Source of the DNA: Trichosphaerium sp. ATCC 40318
Taxonomy: Eukaryota > Protista > Tubulinea
DNA length: 64,000 bases
Reading direction: 5' to 3'
NCBI GenBank assembly: GCA_038496445.1
Contig: JALMLS010000466.1
Location: 867,449 to 931,448 of the forward strand
Every line of letters starts with the position of its first letter. The first letter of the stretch is position 1. Shown in pieces: positions 24,989 through 37,608 of the stretch. A program made the position numbers and the translations under genes. The notes below the pieces were generated by a model that ran no database searches, was not told where the DNA came from, and saw nothing but the letters and a program-made list of their open reading frames with translations.

Positions 24989-26416
24989 ATGATCCGCATA
25001 CTGATTGTTATTATCTCTTCTACTATAGTACTTGCTGCTCACTTCTGTGGAGTAGTGTACGAATGCGACGAAGGATGTAATACGTGCGCTAAGCAAGGCG
25101 ATTTCGTTGACTATGATTTTGGATGTTCACTTGCGCCCAGTGGATGGCAGGATCATGAATGGAACGATACAGATATTCTAACGTACCTATACGACTCAGT
25201 TAATTGTACTGGATCAAGAACATTATTCATACGCCTTACCCTCAATTTCTGCGCTAAAACATACATGGAGACAACCTACCATAAAATTATATGTTCCGGA
25301 CAGAATAGACCACCTTTGCCTCCTTTTACTCCTCCACCTATTATAGAACAAGTTCCTACCTCCTCTCCCACAGAAGAACCGACTGTGGAGCCAACAGAAG
25401 CACCAACAGAAGCGCCAACAGAACCACCAACGGAAGCGTTGCCTTCAGAATGCTTCATGCCGGTTGGTGACACGTGTAATTGGTACCGCGATTGTTTGGA
25501 GAAAGCACATAATTGTGAAGGCACTGCAGATGACTATGCCATACGTTACGCAGAGAAATTTTGCAACCTTTACGAACAAAACTACAACAACTTTCCAGAT
25601 GCTGGAAAAGCGTGGATCAATAATGTGAGAAAATGCCTGCAAGACGCTATGGTGCCTTTGCTTCAGCCAGAAAAATCGACATGGACTTGCCAAGCTATAA
25701 AAACATTCGCTTTTGAGTCTCACGCTCCTTGCTATTTGTATCCGGGACCAGGAAATCCTGGCATTTGCAGCATAAGCTTGGTGACCAGTTTCGTAGAAGT
25801 GTTGAAAACAATACGCCCTGCTCTTTACACTGACCTGGTCGCAACAGCTTCTCAAATGCTTGAAGTCAGTCTTATATGTATAGGTGATACAGCTGCAAAT
25901 GCAGCGGAATTCACTTGGTTAAGTGTAGTAGAGATTGGTGTTAGTGTCAAAGATTTCTTTAACTTTAAGCGCTCACTTGGTGTTGAGCGTACAGTTGAGT
26001 TTGACTCTGAAGCGGCTGTACAAATCATAGATTCTATTGCCTCACAAGCCAGTTTGGATGACACCAAAGTCCTTCTTATTGGTGTACCTTCTGCATCTAA
26101 CAACGACGACTCAGAACTACTTGTTTCGATGATAGTTGCTGACAATACTTTTCTTACTAGTAACGTCACCTCCACTAACGTAACAGATGTTGCGAGAACA
26201 CTCGTGCAAAAGATTGTGAATGGTGAGATTGCTATCAACTTACATAATCAATCAGTACCCTGGTCATCAGTGCGTCTTTGCAAAGATGGGAATTGCACTA
26301 TGAGTCATGAGGATTTTGAAGCACCTACAGTATCTACCCATACTTCTCATGCAATTGAGACATGGGTTTTCTTCCCAGTACTATTGCTTGTAACGGTTAT
26401 ATTCTCCCAACTGTAA
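24989..26416 (+). CDS. Intronless secreted, C-terminally anchored Cys-rich protein with Pro/Thr/Glu linker and stanniocalcin-like domain
   Basis: Single 475-aa ORF with a signal peptide, (E)APTE repeats, the pattern CNWYRDCLE...C...YAEKFC...GKAWINNVRKCLQ...C..IK.FAFESHAPCY...C, and a hydrophobic C-terminus. Confidence 0.75.
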   Translation: MIRILIVIISSTIVLAAHFCGVVYECDEGCNTCAKQGDFVDYDFGCSLAPSGWQDHEWNDTDILTYLYDSVNCTGSRTLFIRLTLNFCAKTYMETTYHKIICSGQNRPPLPPFTPPPIIEQVPTSSPTEEPTVEPTEAPTEAPTEPPTEALPSECFMPVGDTCNWYRDCLEKAHNCEGTADDYAIRYAEKFCNLYEQNYNNFPDAGKAWINNVRKCLQDAMVPLLQPEKSTWTCQAIKTFAFESHAPCYLYPGPGNPGICSISLVTSFVEVLKTIRPALYTDLVATASQMLEVSLICIGDTAANAAEFTWLSVVEIGVSVKDFFNFKRSLGVERTVEFDSEAAVQIIDSIASQASLDDTKVLLIGVPSASNNDDSELLVSMIVADNTFLTSNVTSTNVTDVARTLVQKIVNGEIAINLHNQSVPWSSVRLCKDGNCTMSHEDFEAPTVSTHTSHAIETWVFFPVLLLVTVIFSQL

Positions 26417-26787
26417 TAAACATAAGATGGCTTATTTTCGTTTTGTTTCACGCCTTTTTTCCCTTTGAACAGTTCATTATGAGCACAGGTGTAATTAGAA
26501 ACATGTGTAGATAAAAAATACAGTAATGTGTACTTCAGGAAGAAAGCGTGACGACTCTTCTAAACAGTGAATACCACAATCTAAAAACCACCGAAAACTG
26601 GCGGAAATTCGCAAGTTTTTTAAGTTAATTCCGGCTTGTAAGTTCATTTGAGGCGTTATTAGACTTGGAAGTTCTTTATCAACAATATTGTAAAAGATAG
26701 GAGACATTTTAAAGAGTTGCGGAGAAAAGTGTTAAGTTCTGTGCTTAAAAACGCGATTGTGCGTCATTATCTCATTCGAACCTTACA

Positions 26788-27865
26788 ATGGCAACTAAAA
26801 AACTATCCGGATTGATTATTGTTGTGACTGGCAGCAGTAAAGGCATTGGGCAAAGCGTAGCAATCAAACTCGCTCAAGAAGGGTTAGTGAGTTATTCTAA
26901 TTGATCAAACGTTGCTAATGCGCTTTAGAGCAGACGTTGTGGTCAACTACAGAGGAGACAAAGCCGGCGCAGAAAAAACCGTTTCTGAAGTAGAAAAAGC
27001 AGGTCAGAAGGCTATAGCTGTACAAGCAGATCTCGGCAAGTATGACGACTGCTTCAAACTCATTAAAGCCGCCGTTGATCATTTCGGCCACATTGATGTT
27101 TTGGGTACGTTAAGCAAAAAGTAATACATACCAGCGCGATGTCCTGAGCTTCTTAGTTAATAACGCCGGAATTGAGATAAACGCAGACTTTGACAAAGTA
27201 ACGGAAAAAGACTACGACAGGTAAGCATCCCTTTAACGCGTATGTAACGAACTCACGTCTTAAAACAGAGTTATGGCGGTTAACGTCAAAGGGCCATTCT
27301 TCACAACGCAGGCTTTTGTCCGCCATGTAAAGGTACTTAAAGTCACTTTAAGGCAGGGTAACTTACGTTTATTTAGGAAAGTAAACGTAAAGGATGTAAG
27401 ATAGTTAACATGTCTTCTGTTCATGAAGAGTTACCTTTCCCTCATTTTACAGCATACTGTTGCGCCAAGGGGGCTATGAAGATGTTCACGAGAAACTTGT
27501 CAATAGAGTTGGCACCTCTTGGAATGACTGTATGATTTCTTTTTTTTTTTTTTTGCATTTTGTACTAAGTTTTACTTTCAGATTAACAACGTTGCTCCTG
27601 GTGCTATTATGACTCCTATAAATGAGAAGCTAATGACAGATAAGACTAAATTGAATGCTCTCTTAGAAAAGATTCCACTAAGAAGAATGGGTAGACCTGA
27701 AGAAGTTGCTGCATTGGTTGCTTTCTTATCTTCAAGTGATGCAAATTGTATGACATTTTTTATTAAGTTTATTTTTATCACGTGTAACTCATGTTATAAA
27801 TAGACATTACTGGCGCTACATATGTTGTAGATGGAGGTTTGACATGGAACTACGAGGAACAGTAA
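26788..27865 (+). CDS. Glucose 1-dehydrogenase-like SDR (bacterial type) with 6 introns
   Basis: VTGSSKGIG, VVVNYR, VNNAGIE, SSVHEELPFPHFTAYCCAKG, NNVAPGAIMTPIN, VVDGGLTWNYEEQ*. Confidence 0.88.
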
Positions 27866-28104
27866 AACGAAACATGACATGAAATGAGAAATGTTCAGAA
27901 ACTAAGAACTGATTCGAAAAAAAAAACCCATTACATTTGCATGTAAATCAAATAACACGCTTGCTCTTACATTCTTATTATTAAACATTATTTAGTAAGG
28001 GTAAATTTTACCTCCTTTTTGTTAGCGACAACAACTTTGTGTCACTATTTTACACACCAACCAAATCATCAGCCAGTCTTGTTAATCTCATCAAATTATA
28101 GTTT

Positions 28105-29833
28105 CTAATGTTGTTTTTTGATATTAAAAAATGTCTTTAGCCTCTCATAACACAAGAAACTAACAGCAATAGAAGGCACTACCTTCAAGTAATTTGGTGC
28201 TAACCCAGCATATAGACCCCTTACACCCTCTGCTCTGTAAATCTTACCAAACGCATCCAAAATACCTTTGTATCTAAAGAAAATAAGCAAAGGACAGTTA
28301 AAAACGTTGCGTTTTCACATACTGAAGGTTAGGGTTTACAGCTCCTTTTTGAAATCCTTGCACTTGCAAACGTCTTCTGATAAGATCAAGAGGGTATGCA
28401 ACTAAAGGAGGTGTTATTGACACCAATTACCATTCTTAAACAACGTACTTGTTTGTCCAGCAACACCAGCTACTGCGCCACATAATAATGTATTAACACT
28501 ATTAACTGTTCCATCTTTTCTCTTTGGAACATATTCTTTTAGGGTTTCATAAACAGCAAAATCAATACCAACATAAGGAACAACACCCTAAAAAACAAAT
28601 AAACCATTAACCTCAAAAGAAACAAATCGACTAGTCTATCTAACATACAACAATAGATGGCCACAGTCCACGATATAATGCCGTAACACCTTCAGCTTTT
28701 ACTACTTTTCTCCAACAATCAATTATGCCTTTATAATGAGCCTCTAAAAACCGTACAGTTAATACAACAATGACCTTAAACAATCAACTAGGGTTGTACC
28801 TGTTTGAACAGTTATTCTTGCTCTTGCAAATTCCAGCGGGTACACCGCCACTAAGCTTGTAATACCAGCCATACCACCAACAATAAATCTTTGAAACGCA
28901 GTCAAATCAGACTGTTCAGTAAAAAAATTCCTTAGAGCGAATGCCTTGTATTGTTCGTATGCCAGAAATTGCATCCCAGAAGAAGGAAAAATTCTCAAAC
29001 AATTTACACCATTACCCTTATAGAATCCTCTGTAACCCTCTAAATACGAAAAAAATGAGATATAGCTTTGTAGACCAATGTCGTTTTACCTTCTCTTAAA
29101 ATTTTCGCTAAGGCTTGTGACACTGACGTATACTTTGGTGGTCTTCCTTGTGTCTATGTTTCGGATAAGTACAAGTAAATGAGACTGCCAGTAGCAAAAA
29201 AAAACACGTGTGCTGTTTCCAGAACGTGTTTTTTATGATTTGGTTCAACTGGCTGATGTGTAATCGTGTTGACATACCTGGAACAAGATTTTAATACGCT
29301 CTAAAGGTGCAACCACAGATCTTGATACCATACCCGCTACACCACCAGCGAGTAATGTTAACACTAAACAAGAGTGTCACTTCGACATCCATTTTGAGTA
29401 CGATTACACATACGTGCTGTTTCCACTGTTGCGTTGAGATGAATATACCGTGTACGACCTGGAGTTTGAGAATGTAGCCAAAACGAGGATAACCGCATAA
29501 ACTGCTGAAATTCTTCAAAGTCTATCGTGCTACCTTGCTTATAGGTTAGCTATGTTTCGTTGGCAGGCGTCTTACTATTATCTGCGTCTACCATCGCTAT
29601 CAAGCGTAAAATATCATCCTAGAGTGAGTTTTAGCGCTAATAGCACTAAAAAAACCGCATACTTCATTTGCTTCTTGTCCACGCATTCGCAGCGCGGTTG
29701 TGAGGTCCATCGCGTCTGTTAAAATGTAAGCGCTCCGAGAAATACAATAATAACTCTACGTACTAATAACGCCGTCGCCATCAACGTCAAACTCATCAAA
29801 AAGTGCTTTGTAATCACTAGTGCTTTCTCCCAT
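28105..29833 (-). CDS. EF-hand calcium-binding mitochondrial carrier (SCaMC-like)
   Basis: EF hands DVDGDGVIN and DADNSSTIDFEEF; carrier repeats APLERIK, YPLEFARAR and YPLDLIRRR; GNGVNCLRIFP. Confidence 0.9.
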
Positions 29834-30176
29834 TCAAATTAATTATATTTTAAGCGCATAGATTGGGATTCTGCGTTATGTGAATGAAATGTCGCCTGTT
29901 TTACCTCACACACTCGTATTGTGTTTAATAGCAAACAAACCTTAGTTGTGCTTTTTGCAAAGGTGCAATGTGTAGCATTCCTCCTTTTATAAGGAACAAC
30001 ATAGGAAAACAACTTTTTTTTCGGTGTTTGCTCTTTGTTTCAATGAAGTGTAACGTGTTATTGTGCAATGCACATGTCAAGTTAAAATACGTCACTAATG
30101 GTATCTTTACATACGTATACTATTGTCAATACACAGCAACAGGCTAGTTAGAGACTCCGTTGTACAACTTCTGGTT

Positions 30177-31983
30177 TTACGTGAATTTTGAAAAGATTGG
30201 TAATGCATTATCTTCCCAATTCTTTCTCCAATTGTTTCCTTTTCTATCATCTAGCAACGCATTTCTCCATTCACCTATTATACTATCATTTTCGAATGTA
30301 TCCTTCAATTTGATAGCCAAGTCTTCTTCATCACTAAACAACAATCCAAACACATTTGGCTTAACCAATTCAGATATACTTAGACGCATGTTAGAACGTT
30401 GTGTTTTGAAGCGTTTTTAAAGTACCATTTGTAATCCAAAGCAAGACAAGGTAATCCAGCGCCATACATATCAACGACTTTCATAGGTAAGTCCAACTTG
30501 GATGAAGAAGCATGTAAACAAACGCCAAGATCAGCAGATCCTAAAAGAGGTGAGATTTAACTTTATAACTGGTAATGTATTTACCAATTAACTGGCAGTA
30601 GTCCTGGTATGGTAGAAAGTCTGTGTACCAAGATACATTCTTCCACTTATGGTTTGTTATGACACGCATATGCCTAGCTTTATCTTCTTCATTATCAGCC
30701 TTACCTATAATTAAAGTTATCATAAAGAGCTACAGTCACTTATGAGCACCTGTAATAACTATACAAAGCTTTTTTGGATTATCAAAAACTATACAGTGTA
30801 AGCCTTATAAACTCCGGAAAACTACGCACTAGAGAAAAGTTAACAACTTGAAATAACGGATTGTTTGTTGTACCCATCATAGCGTTTAACACCATCTATA
30901 AATACTTCAAAGCGTTCATCAGGTGTCCAACTTGTACCAGATACCACTAGCGCAATATCTCCATTGCCACCAAGAACTTTTTTTCCAAATTCATACTTGC
31001 TCAACAACTAATGTGTCAAACCAAAATTAGCTAATTGAAAACCACTATGAAAATCTTACAGTCCGTCTTTCATCATCGTTACATCTCTTAAACATTGACG
31101 GAGCAATATCATATAATACATGAGCTGTAACGCTAAACACTTGTTATAACAATAAGCAATGCTACGCAGTGCGTACTTTAATCTTTCTTTCAAGTCATCT
31201 TTCATTGCTTTTGAAACACAAAAATGTCCATCTGCCATAGATCCAAATAACATCTCAAGCTTCTCATACGCCTTCACAATAGGATGTGTTGTAGATTTGC
31301 GACGTACAGCGAGTACTGTATAGCCGTAGTTATGCCAGTCAATGACTACTTTAACTCCACGTAGAAATGCCACTAGGATGACAACAGGCAAGGTTGGCAC
31401 TGCCGGAGGATTCTGTGAAGAAAAACTTATGTCAGAGTTTGCCACAAATGTGACGTATTATGTTTTGTAACGGATAGAAGTACGCCTTACCTGTATGAAA
31501 AAGGCTTTAGGCTTCTTGCAAGTCAGCAAAACATAAAATAGCTGAGAAATTTGCAAAGGGACTTTTAACGCTGCCCTCATTACTAGACTACGCGCCAGCC
31601 ATCGTGGTAGTGCAATTGGAGCAAGTTCACGTAATTCAATGTTAGCGTTTTGTGTGACGCTTGGCCAACACTCTGTGCCTGGTTCTTTTCAGCTACTACA
31701 AGACGTACGAGAATACTTACCTCCATAGCCAACTACTTTTACACTACATTTTGCTTGCTCAGCAAGAGAAATTGCGTGGTACTTGTTACCGTGGTTGGTT
31801 AGTACTACTAATGAGTGTATAATAACGTCTTAAACCTACCTGCATTCGTGGACTTCTACCGATGTCTCCTAGCACCACAACAGTGACGACTGATCGACCG
31901 TTTACAGTACCATCGCCCCTACGCAAGAGGAATAGTACAGTAGCTATCACACAAACCAACAGCGTAAATAGTTCGATCAACAT
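30177..31983 (-). CDS. ALG1: Chitobiosyldiphosphodolichol beta-mannosyltransferase
   Basis: N-terminal TM; [64 protein letters not shown]. Confidence 0.95.
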
Positions 31984-32118
31984 GTCAACAACGCATACTG
32001 GAGTCTACCAAACAGAAACTTTGACAGCTGTAGACTTTCAAATATTTTCTAGCGCTGTAGTTCTCGCATAAACACCAATTCATTGAGAGGAACAGTACCA
32101 TAGTAACGAAATGATACA

Positions 32119-33304
32119 ATGAGCAGACTAATTATCTCAAAAGTGCGCGGTCACTACGGAAAGGCGCGTATACGCACAGAGTTCGTACAAAAGGTACGTA
32201 ATTTTGAGTTTAAACATTTAACTTTATCCCTACGCTTGATTTAAAATATGTCAGTGCTACTATGCACCCGTCTTCACTATATTTCTCACGCCAGTTACCT
32301 TGTAGCTTGAATGCAGATTATCATTAAAATCGCTTGATGATTGGTATCGAGTCCCAATGACAGCAGTTGACAGAGCTGGTGGTAGACCAATGTTGAGGTG
32401 CACATTGTGTTTGAAGTCAAAAATAACATACAATCAGAGCGTTTGGGTCTTCTCTGACACGCCTTCTCAAATCGGTTTACCCTTCCTTTTTATGGCGTCC
32501 TTGGCTCTTTAGAGGTACATCATATACGCTGTAACTCTATGACACTAAAAACGGATTAGCTTCAGGTGTTGAGAATGGGTATTGGCACAACATTAAGAAT
32601 CATAAAAAGTTTGTTAAATTCGTAAGTCCAAAAAATAAAATTTTAACTTTTATTAATGTAGTATGCAATCAAGGTAGCAAGACAAGCAAGAATACATCTC
32701 ATGGATGATTGGTATAATATAGACTTTCCTACATTTAACAAATACGGTGGTAATACACTCGTTAAACAGTACGTGACTGAAGATTAACAAATAAAAAATA
32801 AACTGTAATAAAACTAATCATGAATGCATATAGGTACTACCAAGGATCTCCGAGCCTTTTAGTGCAAACAACATACCCAGATTACCCTTGGGTACCATGG
32901 AAGTTTGGTACGTATAACAACGAGATCTATTGAAACAAAGGAGCTAAAAACTTTAAGGATCTGTGCCACAAAGGTTCTGGCATGATTTAGAAAATGTCCA
33001 TTTGTTTTTGACATATTTTGGTGATGCAATGGAAGTAAAAACAGTTGATGAGTGGCACCGCGTGTCTCATAATCAAATTATGACTCATGGCGGATCAGGG
33101 TTGTTGCCAACTTGGACACAAGTATTGCGACGTGCATATCCTAAGCATTTAGTGGCGATGGATAACGTTGATTTCACAAGCAAGCGAAAGTGCTCAGTAC
33201 AAAGGTACAATACGATTTTTTTGGTTTACATCATGGCAGTGAATTTAACTCGGTTTAGGGCTATGCTGAGTAGGGCACGCACGTTATTCACCAAAATCGC
33301 GTGA
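32119..33304 (+). CDS. Protein made of three ~65-aa DDWY...GG..L...YP...W.PW.F tandem repeats
   Basis: LDDWYRV..GGRPML..VYPSFLWRPWLF; MDDWYNI..GGNTLV..YPDYPWVPWKF; VDEWHRV..GGSGLL..AYPKH. Confidence 0.7.
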
Positions 33305-33438
33305 TTTGCATTACGGTAAAATAAAAAGCGAATTTGCGCTTACGCGAAAAAATGCACTCGCGTGACCTACAAGGACCATTCTTACATAGATTGTCTTTGA
33401 AATTACACTTTAGAAGGCCTAGGGTTCTCTGCCGGCAT

Positions 33439-35840
33439 ATGAACGCGAGTGCTGGGCGCCGAAAGGTACGATTTTACAATTTCTTCTCATGAGAACTTGT
33501 GCGACGTATAGTATGTACATCGCAAGCATAAATACAATATTTTGGAAGTATTACGATCATTTCTAAATAAAAACTCGTTTAGGCCTTCTCCAGATGGATA
33601 AAATGGCACGCAGACAAAAAAGGACTAGAACAGAATAACTGGGACAATATTACATACGAAAAACTAGTGAGTATCATTGACGGTTGGTTTTGTAAAGGTG
33701 AGCTATTTTAAATGCCTATACGCATTTACGCGCTTCAAGTGTTTATTAACAAACATTGTAAGACTCTGGCAGATATCTTAAAATTCAAACTGTTAAGAAT
33801 GTACTACAATACCTTCAAACTGAAGGTTTGACAATACCAGATTGGTTAAAAGCTGAAGGTACGTGGGTTTTCGTTCGTTTTTTTTTAATTATTTGTGCGA
33901 AAAACAACCCAAAAACGCGTTACGTAAAAACAATTTCTCAGCGTTTTCGTAAGTAGTAACAACAAATTGCCCAAAAAATGAATATTCATTTTTTTCTTCT
34001 AGATATTGTGGACGGAGACTCCAGAGCAACTCTCTCTGTTGTTTGGTCGCTTATTGATAAGTTAATGGAGCAATCAATTCATTTTCAGGAACTCACTGGT
34101 AGTGATGCTTTATTACGATGGTGTCAAGTTCGCGCAAAGGAGGCTAAGGTTTCTATTACCGATTGGAAGGATCCTGCGTGGGTTAACGGTCTTGGTTATT
34201 GTGCAGTAATTTACTCGTTTTGGCCTGATAAGATTCCTTTAGAAGACCTTGAGGAAGTAAGTAAACTCTTCTGATTTTCTTTCCTTGTTTGCCGTTTTTT
34301 TCACTTTTTTACGCCGTGTTAATTGACGAGGTGCTTAGAGTCGATCTTTTGACAACCTGACGCTTGCTTTTAATGTTGCCTATGATAGTTTTGATATACC
34401 GAAGCTTCTAGAAGCCACAGATATTGTAGAAACAAAGACTGCTGATCAGCAGAGCCTTGTTTTATATATGGCGCAATATTATCTCACGCTACCAAATCGG
34501 GTCCCTAGTGCGTAGTAAAATAAGAAGTTGTAGTGGCTGTATGTTTAACTAAAGTACTTAGAAAGTAAAGGGCATAAGCGTAAGCGTGGTGAAGTTGATA
34601 CGGCATCATCTCCAGCCGAACCTGAAACAAAAACTCGAAAAGTGTCGAAATTCGGTAATCAGTTTACAAAAATAACGCTAGATGTTGGTGGCAAGCGATT
34701 TTGTACTTATTTAATGACGTTAACAAGAGACCCGAACACTATGTTCGCGGGTATGTTTGGCGGTAATTTTTCTACAAAACCACAAGATGGTACGTTTTTA
34801 TTTCATTATTTATTATTTTCAGTAGAAGGGTTTTGAGACAAAATAACTTCGAGATGCTTTGTGTTTTATTTTTTTTTTCTAACTTTATCAATCATGTAGA
34901 TGGTAGTTATTTTATAGATAGGGATCCAACGTACTTCCCTTATGTTTTAAATTATCTAAGAGATGGACAAATTGTTGTACCGCGATCGTACGTTTTTTAC
35001 TATTTTGTTTGTTCAACTTTTATTTTTTTTCGCCCTTTCGCAGTTTTTTGATTGTTTTGATGGTTTTTTTGTTGAGTAAACAAGCTAATAATTTTTGTTT
35101 CTAGTTTTGTAGACCGACAAAAGCTCTCTTTAGAGGCAGAATTTTACGCTATTGGTGGGTTAATAGACCTTTTGCAAAGTGAGGACTACCATAATATGTT
35201 TTATTGGGATAAACCTGCTTGCGATGATGGATTTAAGATTAATCCTTACACAGCAACTGCGGAGCTAACAAGTGATCCACCAGACAACTTAATGTGGTAC
35301 GTTTTTGATTCATAATACCAAAACAAGTGTACCTTTACGCGAATATTAAAAGAATGTTTCTCAGGTGCGCTAGTGGACCACTGTTGCCTTGGAAAGGTGT
35401 ACATGAGTATGCCCTCAAAGCTGAGAAGATTCGTGATTTCTACGCCGAGTTTGGCGTTAGTGACTCAAATGGTAATTTTTTTCTTTAAGTTGTTCTCTTC
35501 GCTTACGAGATTTTTTCTTGTAGAGTTTCCAAATCTTACAGATAGACACCGCTATTGTATTGTAAAGTACCCAAACGAGACAATAGCAGCTTTTTACCAA
35601 ATGAAGCCTCATATGCAAAAACCCGACTGGACGTTGCAGCGCACGATACAAAATAGTGACTCTGCACAAATTGGTGTTTGTTTTGATAGAGACAAACAAA
35701 CCATAACTTTTTTTTGGAATAATGATCGTATTTATACGTTTCATGTACCAAGCGACTTACCACTAAGGCCTTATGTTGGATTTAAACAAAGAGGCCAAAA
35801 AGTAACATTTCTACGGGATTGGACACATACAAGCTCTTAG
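33439..35840 (+). CDS. Tandem calponin-homology (actinin-type) + KCTD-type BTB/POZ + SPRY-like protein
   Basis: KAFSRWI, EDIVDGD...VVWSLI, ALLRWCQ...WVNGLGYCAVI, FDIPKLLE; ITLDVGGKRFCT, YFIDRDPTYFPYVLNYLRDG, EAEFY; IGVCFDRDKQTITFFWN, LRPYV. Confidence 0.82.
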
Positions 35841-35890
35841 AATATTTGTACAGTTGTTGTAATATAGAAAAGTAAAAAAAACCAAAACAT

Positions 35891-37369
35891 TTAACTCTCA
35901 AAATGATGTGAGTTTTCTCTCGTAGTACTAACTTAAACTGACTTAAAAAAAGAACCACAATTTATTTACCTCTGTGCAAATGGATCTGTTTTCATATGTA
36001 CAATTTCAACACCGTATTCATTGTAGTCTTCAAGGAGAGCACTGGTACACAGTGAGATTTTAAATAAACTTGCGTAACGTACTATAAGTATTCAGCATTT
36101 AAAGTAGCTAGAATTGATCCACCAAGCCAAGCAGCTTCATCTCTATCATCATGACAAACTATCCTAGCCATTTCTGCATTTGATCCACAAGGTACTATAT
36201 TTTGCATACGCTCTCTGAACCCCTTCAATAAAGTATTTCCACCACTCATTATAATATTCCTATTCATAGTCTACAAACCTTAGGAAATAATTCTTGTAAT
36301 CCAAAAAAGCTTACCTCTCTAAGATCGACATCACCAGACATTACAGCATTCTCAACTAAGTAACCAAATGACTCCTTCTCCAGTTCAAATAGATTAAACA
36401 TCGTATCAGGAGCATTGAACCTAATATTGCCAAGTGTTGCTTTTCTTCCATCACAAAACTCATATACTGCATGTGGACCTGCTTTTTTCTCCTCTCTGTC
36501 TGTGTACCCTGTTAGAGGGACAAAACAGAGCTTCTTTATTTCAAACAGATCTTTATAGTAATCTTCATAAGTGAATGGTGTTTCTTGATTCTCACTTAAT
36601 TTTGAAAGAAGGTAATTGTCGATTGTATGTGCTCCAATTTTTGATCTTTGTAAAGTATGTTTTATCACGTGACCTTCATAAACTTGTACGCATTCTGAAG
36701 TCATACCAGAGTCAAATGATAAACCAATTGTTTTACCACAAGAGTAAACAGATAGAACAGGTTGGGGTTGTATGGCTAAAGAAGGTACACCAAACTTCTC
36801 AAACATGAGTTCTGCCATTCTCGCTCTGCACTTAAAATTAAATTAGCTCTGTTCGATTAGTGTATTTTGGTTTAAAAAAAATGAGTGCCTGTCTTTTTTA
36901 CTTGTAATTGTAAACTCTGACATCATACAAGAGTGCTTGTTTGGTGATGTAGCTAATGTTTTATAGAAACTATGACATATAATCTGTTCTAGAGCATCCC
37001 AATCTTGAACTACACGATCTTTTACTGGATGCTTTATACTAAATACATCTCTGTACTTTTGTGCTTCTTCACCAACATAGTAACCTGTGCATAGAACATC
37101 ACATGTCAATCACGTGACACAGGTTTTTCAAAATTATTGTTACCTGATTTTCCTTTACTCACTTGTGATAATATGGACTCTTCTGGGTGGTCACGGCCTG
37201 CAAATCCGACCTTGCATGAAAAAGAACCAAAATCAAAAACGACGCATGTGCCTTCTTCTAAAAAAAGAGTTTATTGTACACAATCGCATCAAGTATCTAT
37301 CAGTATGTTGTTCGGAGCGAAAAAAACAATGTTTGGCGAGAGTGTAAAATAAAGACTCTTACCTTCCAT
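35891..37369 (-). CDS. Divergent actin-like / actin-related protein
   Basis: YYVGEEAQ, HPVKDRVVQDWD, RMAELMFEKFGVP, SVYSCGKTIGLSFDSG, IIMSGGNTLLKGFRER, AAWLGGSILA. The 3' end is at 35891 or ~35966. Confidence 0.88.
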
Positions 37370-37608
37370 TTTATTACAGCGTACAGAGTCTCACGCCTAT
37401 AAAGCTATATTTGGTGGTTTTTAAAAGACAAAATGTTGAAGTTTGCTTGATTTGGGTTTATGACGCCTCTATTCGCCAGTAGATGCTGCAACTATATCTT
37501 GAAAACTATTGAATAGCGAATCAAGGCCCTTTTGTTTCTTGTGTAAGCTTGTTGTGACAAAAAAGGAGAAAAGCAGCCTTAACTGTTTTTATCAGAACAA
37601 AATCCAAA

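Noticed and set aside
25276-26238. Minus-strand ORFs overlapping the 475-aa gene (likewise 38697-38990, 54306-54752, 14563-14910, 59675-60040)
   Set aside because: These are antisense shadows of real, often Pro/Thr-rich, coding sequence.
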